This document shows, in pieces, positions 26,768 to 41,168 of a stretch of DNA of 64,000 nucleotides. Below the pieces are notes generated by a model. The model worked only from the letters and a program-made list of their open reading frames with translations, searched no databases and was not told the origin of the DNA. The stretch's first letter is position 1. Each line of letters begins with the position of its first letter. A program made the position numbers and the translations under genes. This stretch comes from Paracoccaceae bacterium (GTDB lineage Bacteria; Pseudomonadota; Alphaproteobacteria; Rhodobacterales; Rhodobacteraceae): contig JBJLGG010000001.1 of NCBI GenBank assembly GCA_045564995.1, positions 7,443-71,442 on the forward strand, given 5' to 3'.

Positions 26768-27942
26768 GTGAACTCTTTCGATACTATTCCGGTCAGATGA
26801 GCAAGATTTTTAAACATAATTTTTAAATGCGCCAAAGGCCTTGCGCTCACCAGCTTTTTATTCATGTATGCCTCGAATGTAAGTGTTTGCACATCTACAT
26901 CATGACATAGTGATACAAACCGCTCTCGCCTGTTATCCGATTTATAGTATGCGTTTTGCATGGCTCCCAAGACGTTAAATACGGTCCCATGCTCTTTTAG
27001 AAAACGTTGCCTTGCTAATTTTAGGCTTGCTGGAGAATTTGATACTATAGTTTCTACCATTGTTTCTGCTGCAATCTGTCCTGCAGCCATAGCATAGTAG
27101 ATACCTTCACCTGAACTTGGCGCCACAACCCCTGCTGCATCTCCCGCTACAAGTACGTCGCTTCCATTATCCCATCTTTTTAGTGGTTTGAGGGGTATTG
27201 GAGCTCCTTCTTTTCTAATAGTTTTACATTTATCTAAGCCGGCTCTGCTTCGTAGTTCTGATGTTGCTGTTTTTAGGTCAAAGCCGTGGTGCCCAGTACC
27301 CATACCTACTGATGCGCTTTTGCCATGCGGGAATACCCATCCATAAAAATCGGGTGATATTGTCCCATCATAAATTACATCGCATCGTTTGGGATCATAT
27401 TTCCCTGTCGTTTCTGGAGCTTCGATAATTTCATGATATGCAATGACATATGGTATCTTCTCACTATCAGGAATTTCTGCCTTTGCCACGTTTGAACGAG
27501 CTCCATCAGCGCCAATTATATATCTTGTTTTGAGCTGTTCCACAGTCCTATTTACATGATTTCGAAAGTGTACTGTTGTTCCTGCACTGTCTCGAGTTAT
27601 TTTCTCAAACGTTCCAGTGTATCTTTTTGCACCTTTTTTGGCTGCGCGTTCTCGTAAAAATTCGTCGAACTCTTCTCTATCGACCATCCCAACATATCCA
27701 TTTTCAATTGGTATATCTACTGACCGATTAGTTGGGGAAACCATCCTTGCAGTGGTGACCTTTGCTTTCAATAGCTCATCAGGGATCTCAAAGTCCTCTA
27801 TTGCCCTCGGTGGTATAGCTCCGCCACAGGGTTTAATTCTGCCAGCCCTGTCTAGTAGCGCCGTTTTATGCCCTAAGCTAGCCAAATATTTTGCTGCCGT
27901 TGAGCCACATGGCCCCCCACCAATAACTACTACATCAAACAT
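26764..27942 (-). CDS. bchP: Geranylgeranyl reductase
   Basis: Motifs KPCGGAIP, SPDFYGWVFP and GDAAG..APSSGEGIYYAM. Confidence 0.95.
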   Translation of the reverse strand: MFDVVVIGGGPCGSTAAKYLASLGHKTALLDRAGRIKPCGGAIPPRAIEDFEIPDELLKAKVTTARMVSPTNRSVDIPIENGYVGMVDREEFDEFLRERAAKKGAKRYTGTFEKITRDSAGTTVHFRNHVNRTVEQLKTRYIIGADGARSNVAKAEIPDSEKIPYVIAYHEIIEAPETTGKYDPKRCDVIYDGTISPDFYGWVFPHGKSASVGMGTGHHGFDLKTATSELRSRAGLDKCKTIRKEGAPIPLKPLKRWDNGSDVLVAGDAAGVVAPSSGEGIYYAMAAGQIAAETMVETIVSNSPASLKLARQRFLKEHGTVFNVLGAMQNAYYKSDNRRERFVSLCHDVDVQTLTFEAYMNKKLVSARPLAHLKIMFKNLAHLTGIVSKEFT

Positions 27943-27943
27943 A

Positions 27944-29233
27944 TTACTCTCCCACCATTTGAGTTGTCCCGCTAAATGCGGTGGTTATGCTTCTAGTTGC
28001 TATACTTGCCGCCAGAGCAAATAGGGCGGCTTCAAAGATAAATACAGTTCCGTAAGCGTCAGCATGACTGAAGTTTGTAAGTCGAAGAAGATCAACAAGA
28101 ATTGTTCCTAGCAGGCCGCCAAAACCAGCAGCGATGGCTTGGGCCGCTCCCCACAATCCCATCCGTGTGCCCTCTCTTCTATCATTATTTTGGCTTGCTA
28201 GAGACATCATTGAACCGATTGCAGCTACTGCAAACATCCCATTGAAAATTCCAAGCCCAAAAACTAGTGGAGCTAACGGAACAATTTCAGGGGACTGTCC
28301 GGCAAGCGCAATAAGAACTAAACTTATGCAAGATCCCATACATCCTGCCCAAACCCAATTTTTTAACGCGCCAAATTTAAAACCTGTACATGCTATGCCA
28401 ACTGCCAGCATTCCGAGAAACACGCCACCGTTTTGCATGCCTGATAAGGAGGTTGATTGGCCAGGTGTAAAGGAAAATACTATTCCGGCATAAGGTTCCA
28501 GGATAAGCTCCTGCATAAAATATGCTGTCATTGAAAGGAATACAAATACGGAGAAGCGCTTTGTCTGACTGTTGGCCCAAATTACTTTTAAGCCGGTAAG
28601 AAAAGATTGGGATTTATTGATATTTTTATTAACAGTTGAAAGGCCTCTTTCAATGTTTAGAGTAGAAATAAAGGTTATTGCGACTGTTATCACAGTAAGT
28701 CCAAATACAATCTTAATAAGTCTTTCTATTGAGTAAGGATCAAGTAATTTTCCCACAACCGTAGCGGTTACAGCAATTCCAAAAATCATCATAAGCCAAG
28801 TTATAGTTGCTGCAGCGGCTCGTCTGTGTTGAATTGTGTGAGTTGCCAAGAGAGCAAGTAGAGAGGTGCCCGAAGCACCAACTCCAATGCCAATTAGAGT
28901 ATAGGCGAAAAATGATAAAATAGTAGCAGCAGTAGCATTAAACGAATATAGAGGTATGCAAAGTGCGGCCAAATTTGCGCCAACCGCTAATATAATCATT
29001 CCTAAAATAATCCATTTAGTTCTGTTTCCCTGTATATCCGAGAGAAAGCCCCACTTAGGTCGAGAAATTTGAACTAAGTAATGTATTGCTACTAAAGCAC
29101 CAGGTAGCGTAGCGGCTAATGAAAGTTCGACCACCATCAATCTATTTAGAGTTGATGTCATAAGAACAACTACTGCTCCTAAGCACATTTGGACCAAACC
29201 CAATCGAACGATAGAGAGCCAAGAAAGTGTCAT
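27944..29233 (-). CDS. pucC: BCD-family MFS transporter (PucC-like)
   Basis: Motifs RLGLVQ, STLNRLMVVEL, QELILEPY and GLWGAAQA. Lies between bchG and bchP. Confidence 0.88.
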   Translation of the reverse strand: MTLSWLSIVRLGLVQMCLGAVVVLMTSTLNRLMVVELSLAATLPGALVAIHYLVQISRPKWGFLSDIQGNRTKWIILGMIILAVGANLAALCIPLYSFNATAATILSFFAYTLIGIGVGASGTSLLALLATHTIQHRRAAAATITWLMMIFGIAVTATVVGKLLDPYSIERLIKIVFGLTVITVAITFISTLNIERGLSTVNKNINKSQSFLTGLKVIWANSQTKRFSVFVFLSMTAYFMQELILEPYAGIVFSFTPGQSTSLSGMQNGGVFLGMLAVGIACTGFKFGALKNWVWAGCMGSCISLVLIALAGQSPEIVPLAPLVFGLGIFNGMFAVAAIGSMMSLASQNNDRREGTRMGLWGAAQAIAAGFGGLLGTILVDLLRLTNFSHADAYGTVFIFEAALFALAASIATRSITTAFSGTTQMVGE

Positions 29234-29234
29234 C

Positions 29235-30140
29235 TTAAAATGCTCCAAAATTTCTAAGACCGAATGCGCAAACCATCATACCTAAGACAAACATTAAAAC
29301 GCCAGTAGCATTGTACCACGGAGCAAATTTTTGGGGATCTTTTAATAATTTTCGCATAGCCAAGAATTGACCAAGCACTAGGCAGCCTATAAATACAGCA
29401 GGTTGGAGAGCACCCCAACTGGACATCAATATTACGACAAGTAATTGTGGAATAGTCATGACCCAGCAGGCAATTTTTGCAGCCTTGTTTGGCCCGAATT
29501 GAACCGGCAAAGAATTTATTCCCGTTTGTCTGTCTCCCTTGAGAGCTTTAAAGTCGTTTAATGTCATAATGCCGTGAGCTCCAACAGCATAAAGTGCAGC
29601 GATTAGAACTATTTTTAAGCTTGGAAACGCCTGAGACATTACCGCCGCACCAGTAAACCAGGGCAGTCCTTCATAGCATAGAGCCACGATACCTGGCCCC
29701 CACCAGCCAGACCTTTTTAATCTTATTGGTTCGCAAGAGTAAGCCCAGGCAGCAGCAACGCCAATTATAGTGGCGTAAAATCCCCAGACGCCAATTTGCC
29801 ATCCAATGACCAATGCGATTGCGCTCATAGTAATTGCGATCCATAGCCCCCAAAGTCCAGGAATACGGCCAGACGGGATTGGCCTATCGGGTTGATTAAT
29901 TGCATCTACGTGTCTATCGCACCAGTCGTTGGCAGCCTGGCTCATCCCACAGACGACTGGGCCTGCCAAAATGATGCCTAAGATTATAAGCCCTAAATTC
30001 GTTACAATATCCATTCCAGAAGATATTACGCCGCAGGCATATGCCCACATTGGAGGGAACCAAGTTATAGGCTTGATAAGTTCAAGCACTGCCAAAGGAT
30101 TGGAAATCGACTGATTTTGTTTAATAGAATTGACACTCAT
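29235..30140 (-). CDS. bchG: Bacteriochlorophyll synthase
   Basis: Motifs KPITWFPPMWA, NDWCDRHVDAINQP, YEGLPW and TLNDFKA. Confidence 0.95.
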   Translation of the reverse strand: MSVNSIKQNQSISNPLAVLELIKPITWFPPMWAYACGVISSGMDIVTNLGLIILGIILAGPVVCGMSQAANDWCDRHVDAINQPDRPIPSGRIPGLWGLWIAITMSAIALVIGWQIGVWGFYATIIGVAAAWAYSCEPIRLKRSGWWGPGIVALCYEGLPWFTGAAVMSQAFPSLKIVLIAALYAVGAHGIMTLNDFKALKGDRQTGINSLPVQFGPNKAAKIACWVMTIPQLLVVILMSSWGALQPAVFIGCLVLGQFLAMRKLLKDPQKFAPWYNATGVLMFVLGMMVCAFGLRNFGAF

Positions 30141-30159
30141 GTGTCACATACTATTGACA
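30118..30159. promoter_or_regulatory. Tandem PpsR boxes at bchG
   Basis: TGT-N12-ACA at 30118-30135 (inside the first bchG codons) and at 30142-30159. Confidence 0.85.
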
Positions 30160-30231
30160 ATTAAATTTGATTCAAGAAAAACCTGCGATCAGTGATGACC
30201 GAGTAGTATGTTTATATCAATAATTGATAAC

Positions 30232-31650
30232 TTACCCATCTTCACTGTCGACTAAACCGTATTTATGTAGTTTAACGTACAGACTTTGTCTGGAGAGGCC
30301 AAGCATTTCGGCGGCGGCAGCTTTGTTATTATTTGTGGTTTCAATGGCAGTTTGAATACAAATTGTTTCAATTACATCAGTGGTTTCTGCCACAATTTCT
30401 TTAAGTGAGGCGCTTCCAACTAACTCCGTGACGGATGGGTTGTTATTGCTTGATGAAATGGCTGGTCTAATAGGTTCTGGTTGCTCTGCTCTAGAAATCT
30501 CTCTAATAACAAATGAAATTTGTTCAGTTCTATCGCTGGGAATTTTTGTCATTGAGACTTCAACAGCAGTTTTTAGCCCAAAATCATTTTTCAGATCAGT
30601 TGAGTATATTCGCATTGGGCCTGATCTTTGGACGTTTTCTAACATAACTGCGAGATCAATTTGTCCTTTTGACAGGAAATCTCCTAAGCTTCTTCCAACG
30701 ATCTCTGATCCTTGAACGGCGTTTATAAGCTCCAAAAAGCTTTCATTAACATAGGTTATGAGCCCATTTTGGTTTGTGAATACAATGCCATCTGTTCCAT
30801 TTTTATACAACGCGACCAGATTTTGAGATAGAGTATCATTTTGGGGTATTTTATCTATTTGAAGGCTCATCCTAACAAGGAGTACTTGCTGGCCTGATGC
30901 TCTGTACATAACTGGGAGTAAATGTGCGTCAACGTCCTGGCGCTTCTGAGTCACTGTAACGCTTAGAGTTGTTCTGCTCATAGCGGCTGTCGCCATCTTA
31001 TCATTGAGGTCTTTTTTATCTTTATTAGCTATGAACTTGCTAAATGACTGTCCCGGCAAGGTATCTATATCTTCGCTAAGCAATGTGCATGCTGCGGGAT
31101 TTGCTTGCCTTATGTTGCCCGTCTTGGCATCTAGAACAAAGATTGGTTCACTTGCAGTAGAAAATAAAGATCGATAGTGAGCATCATATTCTTTTCTTTC
31201 TTCATGACTTTTTTCGACTGCAATTTGTGCTTTTACGAGCTGTTGCTGCGTTTCAGATATAGTTCTTAAATCTCTACCCAACAATAATACATTATTGTTT
31301 TGACCCACCAAATGGGCATTATATCGAACTGGAAATTGCCACTTAGCATTGTCTTGATGATTTAATTCAATAGAATGAAGTATGGTTTTGCCTGAGTTGA
31401 GTTTGTCTAAAGCACGTTCAAATTTCGGTATACTTTCTCTGGTCAGGAACTTGGTTATATTTTTACCTTCCCAATGTGATAAATCCCCATAATATTGTTC
31501 AGATTGATTTACTAAAACTGACTTAATAGAACCATTTAGGTCTATCATCACCGCTATGTCTGACGAAGTCGCGAGAATATTTCCTAAGAATTCTGGCTCA
31601 ATCATTGGAATTGAACCGAAATCCCAAAATGTGCTGGCGCTAGTTTTCAT
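30232..31650 (-). CDS. ppsR: Photosynthesis gene repressor PpsR/CrtJ
   Basis: PAS repeats, LLLGRDLR, and a C-terminal HTH (AAAEMLGLSRQSLYVKL) with a nearby Cys. Confidence 0.95.
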   Translation of the reverse strand: MKTSASTFWDFGSIPMIEPEFLGNILATSSDIAVMIDLNGSIKSVLVNQSEQYYGDLSHWEGKNITKFLTRESIPKFERALDKLNSGKTILHSIELNHQDNAKWQFPVRYNAHLVGQNNNVLLLGRDLRTISETQQQLVKAQIAVEKSHEERKEYDAHYRSLFSTASEPIFVLDAKTGNIRQANPAACTLLSEDIDTLPGQSFSKFIANKDKKDLNDKMATAAMSRTTLSVTVTQKRQDVDAHLLPVMYRASGQQVLLVRMSLQIDKIPQNDTLSQNLVALYKNGTDGIVFTNQNGLITYVNESFLELINAVQGSEIVGRSLGDFLSKGQIDLAVMLENVQRSGPMRIYSTDLKNDFGLKTAVEVSMTKIPSDRTEQISFVIREISRAEQPEPIRPAISSSNNNPSVTELVGSASLKEIVAETTDVIETICIQTAIETTNNNKAAAAEMLGLSRQSLYVKLHKYGLVDSEDG

Positions 31651-31653
31651 CTG

Positions 31654-32514
31654 CTAGCTCCGTTTGTTGTTCTTTGGAGATATTCTACCAGATCTGTATG
31701 TTCGTACTTTAGAAATAACAAGTTCGATATCGTTAGTAAAAGCATCAGCTGCAACCTTATCTTTGATTGCTGGTTCAAGATCCAGAATCTTACCGCCTAC
31801 AAATATCAACGGCCTTTGAACCAAGTTGTTGGACATGGAGTTAATGCTTTTGTTTATATAATCAAGCGAATGATGGCCGGCACAAGAAAACAAGACCGCC
31901 GAAAAGTCATGCGACTTACATAAGTTTATAAGCTCATTGGAGTCGGCGGAGTGTAAAAGTTTTACAGATTGGCCACGTCTTCTGAGCTGATCAGCTAGTA
32001 TGGATGGTCCGAGTGTATGCTGTTCGTCCTTGCAGATTATGAGCATAAGACCAAAGCGAGATGCAATTTCAGCTTCGCTATTTCTATAAGTAATCAAGTT
32101 ATTCAAAATCATTTGAAGTCTTGACGTCGCTAATGTGACTTGGCCAAAACCTTTTAGGTCGTCAACCCAGTCATTTCCAAGTTCCTCTGCCGCTAGTGGT
32201 ATACAGTGGTCAATTAAGACTTCCGATGGGACTAATTTTTGGTCTAGAACATCTAGTGCAGAGTCAAGATCGAAGTTTCCGGATACACAGTATTGTGTTA
32301 ACCAGGCTGCGGTTTCGGTTATCTTCTTCTGATCGCTTGGTTGTAATTTCTGCCGCACACCAGACAAAGCAGTCTTTGCCAGGTTGTCGATTTGTATTTT
32401 CAAATCGCTCGTAAAGGTCGAATGTATGTCCCTGTTCGACATTGAAGCGCTTTCAGTGCACAGCTCGAGAGGGGCTAATTTCTCACTCACCGTACTTAAT
32501 TGTCCCATTTGCAT
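31654..32514 (-). CDS. ppaA: Cobalamin-binding antirepressor PpaA/AerR (start uncertain; the ORF extends to 32604)
   Basis: LGNDWVDD..F.QVT...RLQ and the B12 motif EQHTLG. Directly upstream of ppsR. Confidence 0.85.
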   Translation of the reverse strand: MQMGQLSTVSEKLAPLELCTESASMSNRDIHSTFTSDLKIQIDNLAKTALSGVRQKLQPSDQKKITETAAWLTQYCVSGNFDLDSALDVLDQKLVPSEVLIDHCIPLAAEELGNDWVDDLKGFGQVTLATSRLQMILNNLITYRNSEAEIASRFGLMLIICKDEQHTLGPSILADQLRRRGQSVKLLHSADSNELINLCKSHDFSAVLFSCAGHHSLDYINKSINSMSNNLVQRPLIFVGGKILDLEPAIKDKVAADAFTNDIELVISKVRTYRSGRISPKNNKRS

Positions 32515-32634
32515 ACTTTCAGAACGCATGCGTTCTGTCAAATTTATACGCTTAAATTTCTCGGTAAAATTAAAAAAGTGTCTTGTCATACTTACTAACT
32601 CCAAACGTAAGCTAATTCACGCACGTTCATTCCA

Positions 32635-32686
32635 TGTAAATGTAGTTATACACTCTTTAGTCAAAAAGTGTAACTTTTAATTGACA
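32635..32686. promoter_or_regulatory. Two PpsR boxes and a sigma70 -35 in the ppaA/bchF divergent region
   Basis: TGT-N12-ACA at 32635-32652 and 32669-32686. The second box ends in TTGACA. Confidence 0.85.
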
Positions 32687-32739
32687 TTCAGTATCGTAGG
32701 GCAATAACCTTGCTGTAAAAGCGGCCTTGGGGGACACCC

Positions 32740-34501
<1,762 letters not shown>

Positions 34502-34502
34502 A

Positions 34503-36035
34503 ATGAAGTTATCTGTCTGGACATATGAAGGCCCCCCCCATGTAGGTGCCATTAGAGTTGCTACAGGGATGGAAAAAGTCCACCTCGTATTACATGCCCC
34601 TCAAGGAGATACATACGCTGATTTACTTTTCACAATGATTGAGAGAAGAAATCATAGACCGCCCGTAACCTATACCACTTTCCAAGCGCGTGATTTGGGC
34701 TCTGATACGGCGAGTTTGTTTAAGTCGGCATGTCATGATGCATATAATCGATTTAAACCGGATCTTTTGCTGGTGGGGGCTTCATGTACCGCGGAATTAA
34801 TTCAAGATGATCCTGGCGGATTAGCAGAGGCCCTTGATCTACCAGTTCCTGTAGTTGCGCTAGAATTGCCCAGTTATCAAAGAAAAGAAAACTTTGGTGC
34901 AGATGAAACATTCTTTCAAATTGTAAAGAAATTAGCCTCTCCGCAGCCCCGAACGAAAAATATAAGCTGTAATTTAATTGGACCCACTGCCCTTGGGTTC
35001 CGGCATAGAGATGATGTCGAAGAATTAGAAAAAGTACTCCAAAACCTAGGAATTGAGGTCAACGTTGTAGCTCCTATGGGTTCAGAACCTTCAGATATTG
35101 TAAATTTAGGGGCAGCCCATTTTAACGTTTTGATGTATCCGGAAACTGGTGAAAGTGCATGTAGATTTCTCGAGAAAAGCCTTGACCAACCATTTACAAA
35201 AACTGTTCCCATCGGTGTCGGTGCTCTCTCGGACTTTATCAAGGAAGTTGAGGGTATAACGGGGCTTAACGATCTACAAAATAAAGTTGATTCAAGATTG
35301 CCATGGTACTCCGCGTCAGTCGATAGCACCTATTTAACTGGAAAAAGAGTTTTTATTTTTGGTGATGGTTCGCACGTAATTTCTGCGGCTAGAATTGCCC
35401 AAGAGGAGATCGGGTTTGAGGTCGTTGGAATGGGTTGTTTCAATCGAGAGATGGCACGTCCTGTCAGAGTATCTGCAAAATCTTTAGATATCGAAGCTTT
35501 AATAACCGATGATTATTTAGAGGTAGAGAGCAAGATCGCAGAGTTAGCGCCAGAGCTCATTCTAGGAACGCAGATGGAGAGGCATATTGGCAAACGGCTT
35601 GGCATTCCATGCGCAGTGATTTCAGCACCGGTTCACGTTCAAGATTTCCCTGCGCGGTACTCTCCTCAAATGGGGCCAGAGGGTGCAAATGTTATTTTTG
35701 ATACTTGGGTACATCCACTTGTTATGGGCCTCGAAGAGCATTTGCTTACAATGTTTAGGGAGGATTTTGAGTTTTCGGATGCAAATGGCCCAAGCCATCA
35801 TGCAGCGCATCAGCCAGCTGCTGCACCAAAAGACATTGAGCCTGAAGAAGCTTTGTCAAAAGGAAGTTCATCAAATGTAATCTGGATGACAGATGCTGAG
35901 AAAGAATTGCGAAAAATTCCCTTCTTTGTTCGTGGCAAGGCTAAAAGAAATACCGAGCGCTATGCTGCGGATAACGGCGTTTTGGAAATTTCAATTGATA
36001 CACTTTACGAGGCGAAAGCTCATTATGCTAGATAG
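34503..36035 (+). CDS. bchB: Dark-operative protochlorophyllide reductase subunit B
   Basis: Motifs [19 protein letters not shown] and GTQMERH, with C-terminal [10 protein letters not shown]. Confidence 0.95.
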   Translation: MKLSVWTYEGPPHVGAIRVATGMEKVHLVLHAPQGDTYADLLFTMIERRNHRPPVTYTTFQARDLGSDTASLFKSACHDAYNRFKPDLLLVGASCTAELIQDDPGGLAEALDLPVPVVALELPSYQRKENFGADETFFQIVKKLASPQPRTKNISCNLIGPTALGFRHRDDVEELEKVLQNLGIEVNVVAPMGSEPSDIVNLGAAHFNVLMYPETGESACRFLEKSLDQPFTKTVPIGVGALSDFIKEVEGITGLNDLQNKVDSRLPWYSASVDSTYLTGKRVFIFGDGSHVISAARIAQEEIGFEVVGMGCFNREMARPVRVSAKSLDIEALITDDYLEVESKIAELAPELILGTQMERHIGKRLGIPCAVISAPVHVQDFPARYSPQMGPEGANVIFDTWVHPLVMGLEEHLLTMFREDFEFSDANGPSHHAAHQPAAAPKDIEPEEALSKGSSSNVIWMTDAEKELRKIPFFVRGKAKRNTERYAADNGVLEISIDTLYEAKAHYAR

Positions 36036-39000
36036 TCGCTTCCATAACCCTCCCAATGAAATATCATATCGTATTTCGATAATTACTCTGGATTCCCATA
36101 ATGCGATGCCTTGCGAGCGCGCCTTGTCTAATTTAGTGCAAGATTTTAAAGGTTTAGAGTTATCGATTTTTGCAGCAGCTGAATGGGGCGAAAATCCCAG
36201 TGCTTTAGAAGAAGCAAAAGCCGCAATTGGAAAATCGGACATAATTATTGTAAATCTTCTTTTCTTAGAAGATCATATCCAACCGATTTTGCCGTTATTA
36301 AAGGCCAGACGTGAGGAATGTGACGCTATGATCGGCGTGGTATGCGACGCTGATTTAGTAAAACTGACTCGGATGGGATCGCTAGATATGCAAGCCCCAG
36401 AGAGCGGGGCAGTTGCATTATTGAAAAAATTAAGGGGTTCTTCGAAACCATCCTCGGAAACTGGCGAGAAAAAAATGCGAATGCTGCGCCGGTTACCAAA
36501 AATATTAAAATATATTCCTGGCAAAGCCCAAGATTTAAGGGCTTGGTTTTTGGTAATGCAATACTGGCTAGGGGGTACTGACGAAAACATTGAGGCAATG
36601 TTGAGGTTTTTAATTTCGCGTTACTCACATGTTGATAGTTGGCAAGGAGTTTCGGCCGAACCGCCTAGAGAGTATCCAAATGTAGGTGTCTATCATCCTA
36701 GTCTGAAGGGTCGGATATCAGAAGATCTGCGAGATCTTCCAGTAGTTAAAAACCCTAAGGCGACAATCGGCCTATTATTGATGCGTTCATATGTTTTAAG
36801 CGGTGATACCGCGCATTATGATAGAGTTATAAGGGGTTTCGAGGAAAGGAATATTCGCATTATACCAGCTTTTGCGGGTGGCTTAGATGGTAGACCAGCA
36901 ATTGATAAATATTTCTCTGATAGTTCTGGCTCATCTATTGATACTCTGGTTTCTCTTACTGGGTTTTCTCTTGTTGGTGGTCCAGCATACAATGATACAG
37001 AGGCTGCTGTAGAAACCTTGTCAAAACTAAACGTGCCTTACATTTCTGCGCATCCTCTTGAGTTTCAAACTTTATCTCAATGGGAAAATTCTTCGACTGG
37101 GTTGGGCCCGATTGAAACTACTATGCTTGTGGCTCTACCAGAACTTGATGGGGCTACTTCACCAACAGTCTATGCAGGTCGACAAGGGGACGCCGTGTCT
37201 TCGAAGGCTATGTTGCCACACAATGAAAGGGTTGATGCGCTGATTGCCCGTGCCGTTAAAACGGCAGAGTTAAGACGTTCCGAAGTGTTTAATCGACGAA
37301 TCGCCATTGTTTTATTCGGATTTCCCCCAAATGCTGGAGCGGTTGGTACGGCAGCGTATTTAGAGGTCTTTGAGTCTCTATTTAATACTTTAAAAGCGAT
37401 GAAAGATGCTGGTTACCAAATTGACTTACCAAAATCATCTGCTGACTTAAGAGAAGAGGTTCTTGCTGGGAACGCCGGAATTTACGGACAAGAAGCAAAT
37501 GTAGAAAATCAGGTTAGTGCTGACTGGGTCGTGAAAAACACTCCATGGCTATCTGAATTGGAAGACCAATGGGGTTCAGCGCCTGGTCGAATTCAGTCAG
37601 ATGGAAGCTCAGTTTTTATCCTTGGAAAAACGTTTGGAAATGTGTTTGTGGGTGTTCAACCTACTTTCGGCTATGAAGGTGATCCTATGAGGTTATTGTT
37701 TGAAAAGGGTTTCGCCCCCACGCATGCCTTTTCAGCATTTTATCAATGGTTAAAGTTGGGTTTTAAAGCAAATGCCGTTTTACACTTTGGCATGCATGGC
37801 GCTCTAGAATTTATGCCGGGTAAGCAGACTGGTTTAAATGGAAAAGATTGGCCAGATAGATTAATAGGTGATTTACCAAATATTTATTTGTATGCATGCA
37901 ATAATCCTTCTGAGGCTAGTCTGGCAAAACGTAGAAGCAGTGCAACTATAATAAGTCATTTAACGCCGCCTTTGACTTCTGGTGGACTTTACAAGGGCCT
38001 TTTAGAGCTGAAAGATAGCTTAGTGCGCTGGCGCGAGATGGATGATAAAAATCCTTTGCGCAAGGAACTAGAGCTTTTAATTTCAGAGCAAGCAGAAGTC
38101 GTCGATCTTGGAAATCAAAAAATTGAAGAGTTATGGGTCAAGCTTTTAGAAACAGAAGATGCTTTAATCCCGGAAGGCCTGCACGTAGTAGGTAGATCCC
38201 TAACAGATGAACAAGTCGAAAATTACATAAATGCTTCGGGAAATTTATCGCCTGAAGGCAGAGAGCGATTGGCTAAAAACTTAAGATTGAACAGTGAAAT
38301 TCCATCTATTATCAATGCTTTGGATGCTAATTATATACCGCCTGTGCCTGGTGGCGATCTAGTACGGTCTTCTGAAATCGTGCCAACCGGCCGCAACATT
38401 CATGCTTTTGATCCATTTCGGATGCCAACGGCATTTGCTTGTAAACAAGGCTCTGAGCAAGCGCAAATGCTACTGGATAAATATGATAGTGTTCCTAAAA
38501 GCTTGGCACTAGTTCTATGGGGCTCGGATAATATTAAATCTGATGGGACCCAAATCGCTCAAGCATTAGCTCTTATTGGTGCAAAGCCACGGTTTGACAG
38601 TTTTGGAAGGCTATGTGGAGCTGATCTAATTGAGTTGTCGCAATTGGGAAGGCCACGAATTGATGTAGTTATGACCTTGTCGGGAATTTTTCGTGATTTA
38701 CTCCCTTTGCAAACGCGCATGCTGGCCGAGGCATCCTTTAAAGCCGCATCCGCTGACGAAGATCCAACTATGAATTACGTCAGGGCAAATGCACTGGAGT
38801 ACATGAAGAATACTGGTGCAGATTTGGAGACAGCCTCCTTGAGAATTTTTTCAAATGCGGAGGGTGCTTACGGGTCTAATGTAAACCAGTTAGTGGATAG
38901 CTCATCTTTTGGTGACGAGGATGAGCTTGCAGACGCATACGAAGCTAGGAAAAGTTTTGCTTATGGTATGTCTGGAAAACCTCAGAAAAATCAGAAACTA

Positions 39001-39564
39001 CTTCAAGCAGCACTATCAAAAGTAGAAATGGCTTACCAAAATCTTGAAAGTGTCGAATTAGGTGTTACCAGCGTCGATCATTACTTTGATACTCTAGGAG
39101 GAATTTCTAGAGCAGTTAAAAGGGCTCGTGGGGGCGAAGAAATTGAGGTGTTTATTTCAGACCATACAAAAGGTTCTGGCAAAATTCGTACTTTATCAGA
39201 TCAGGTTTCGCTTGAAACTAGGTCCCGCTCTCTTAACCCAAAATTTTATGAAGCTTTACTCGACCATGGTGCGGAGGGGGTACGCCAACTTGAGGCGCAC
39301 GTAACAAATACGCTTGGTTGGTCGGCCACAACTGGTAAAGTGGAGCCTTGGGTTTACCAAAGAATAAGTGAAACTTTTGTTCTGGATGAGGAGATGCGCA
39401 ATCGTCTTGCGGACTTAAACCCTACTGCCAGTTCCAGAATGGCTAATAGGCTTCTTGAAGCAAATGAACGCTCCTATTGGAGCCCAGACGCAGAAACAAT
39501 TGAGGCATTACAAAATGCAGCTGACTCTCTCGAAGATAGGATGGAAGGTATTGCCGCAGAATGA
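36025..39564 (+). CDS. bchH: Magnesium chelatase subunit H
   Basis: Motifs [29 protein letters not shown] and [11 protein letters not shown] at 36025. Confidence 0.95.
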   Translation: MLDSRFHNPPNEISYRISIITLDSHNAMPCERALSNLVQDFKGLELSIFAAAEWGENPSALEEAKAAIGKSDIIIVNLLFLEDHIQPILPLLKARREECDAMIGVVCDADLVKLTRMGSLDMQAPESGAVALLKKLRGSSKPSSETGEKKMRMLRRLPKILKYIPGKAQDLRAWFLVMQYWLGGTDENIEAMLRFLISRYSHVDSWQGVSAEPPREYPNVGVYHPSLKGRISEDLRDLPVVKNPKATIGLLLMRSYVLSGDTAHYDRVIRGFEERNIRIIPAFAGGLDGRPAIDKYFSDSSGSSIDTLVSLTGFSLVGGPAYNDTEAAVETLSKLNVPYISAHPLEFQTLSQWENSSTGLGPIETTMLVALPELDGATSPTVYAGRQGDAVSSKAMLPHNERVDALIARAVKTAELRRSEVFNRRIAIVLFGFPPNAGAVGTAAYLEVFESLFNTLKAMKDAGYQIDLPKSSADLREEVLAGNAGIYGQEANVENQVSADWVVKNTPWLSELEDQWGSAPGRIQSDGSSVFILGKTFGNVFVGVQPTFGYEGDPMRLLFEKGFAPTHAFSAFYQWLKLGFKANAVLHFGMHGALEFMPGKQTGLNGKDWPDRLIGDLPNIYLYACNNPSEASLAKRRSSATIISHLTPPLTSGGLYKGLLELKDSLVRWREMDDKNPLRKELELLISEQAEVVDLGNQKIEELWVKLLETEDALIPEGLHVVGRSLTDEQVENYINASGNLSPEGRERLAKNLRLNSEIPSIINALDANYIPPVPGGDLVRSSEIVPTGRNIHAFDPFRMPTAFACKQGSEQAQMLLDKYDSVPKSLALVLWGSDNIKSDGTQIAQALALIGAKPRFDSFGRLCGADLIELSQLGRPRIDVVMTLSGIFRDLLPLQTRMLAEASFKAASADEDPTMNYVRANALEYMKNTGADLETASLRIFSNAEGAYGSNVNQLVDSSSFGDEDELADAYEARKSFAYGMSGKPQKNQKLLQAALSKVEMAYQNLESVELGVTSVDHYFDTLGGISRAVKRARGGEEIEVFISDHTKGSGKIRTLSDQVSLETRSRSLNPKFYEALLDHGAEGVRQLEAHVTNTLGWSATTGKVEPWVYQRISETFVLDEEMRNRLADLNPTASSRMANRLLEANERSYWSPDAETIEALQNAADSLEDRMEGIAAE

Positions 39565-39585
39565 ATGAAATGAAATGTAATATGA

Positions 39586-40496
<911 letters not shown>

Positions 40497-40497
<1 letters not shown>

Positions 40498-41168
40498 TGA
40501 ACTATGATCAGACACTCTCACGTGTTGAAACGTATTTTGACAAAACTGCCCTGAAGACTTGGGAGCGCTTAACTTCGAAGGCGCCGGTTTCTAGAATACG
40601 TCAATCCGTTCGACGTGGACGTGACGAAATGCGAATGAAACTCATCTCGCAACTCCCAAAAAATTTATCTGGAGCAAGAGTTTTAGATGCAGGATGTGGT
40701 ACCGGTCAGCTGAGCGAGGAGTTAGCTTTGCGCGGATGCCAAGTGGTTGCAGCTGACATAAGTCCCTCACTTATTCAAGTAGCACGCTCAAGAATTCCAA
40801 CTCACCTACAAAAAAATATAGAATTTGTTACAGGAGATATGGTTAGCCCTGAGCTTGGTAATTTTGACTATGTTATCGCAATGGATAGTCTGATTTACTA
40901 TACTAGAACAGACTTAGGGTCTTTATTAATTGAGCTGTCATCAAGGACATCACAGTCAATTTATTTTACATTAGCGCCAAAAACTATGCTCTTAATGCTA
41001 ATGTGGTATATTGGCAAACTAGCTCCAAGTGGCGATCGATCACCGGTTATGGTTCCTCACTCTTTCAAGTCAATCTGTAAAGAATTAGGTGCCAAATTGG
41101 AATTGACTGATCTTGGAATAGTTAATTCTGGCTTTTATATATCACATGCAATTGGGTGTAGAACATGA
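40497..41168 (+). CDS. bchM: Mg-protoporphyrin IX methyltransferase
   Basis: Motifs YFDKTA..WERLTS, LDAGCGTG and MDSLIYY. Confidence 0.93.
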
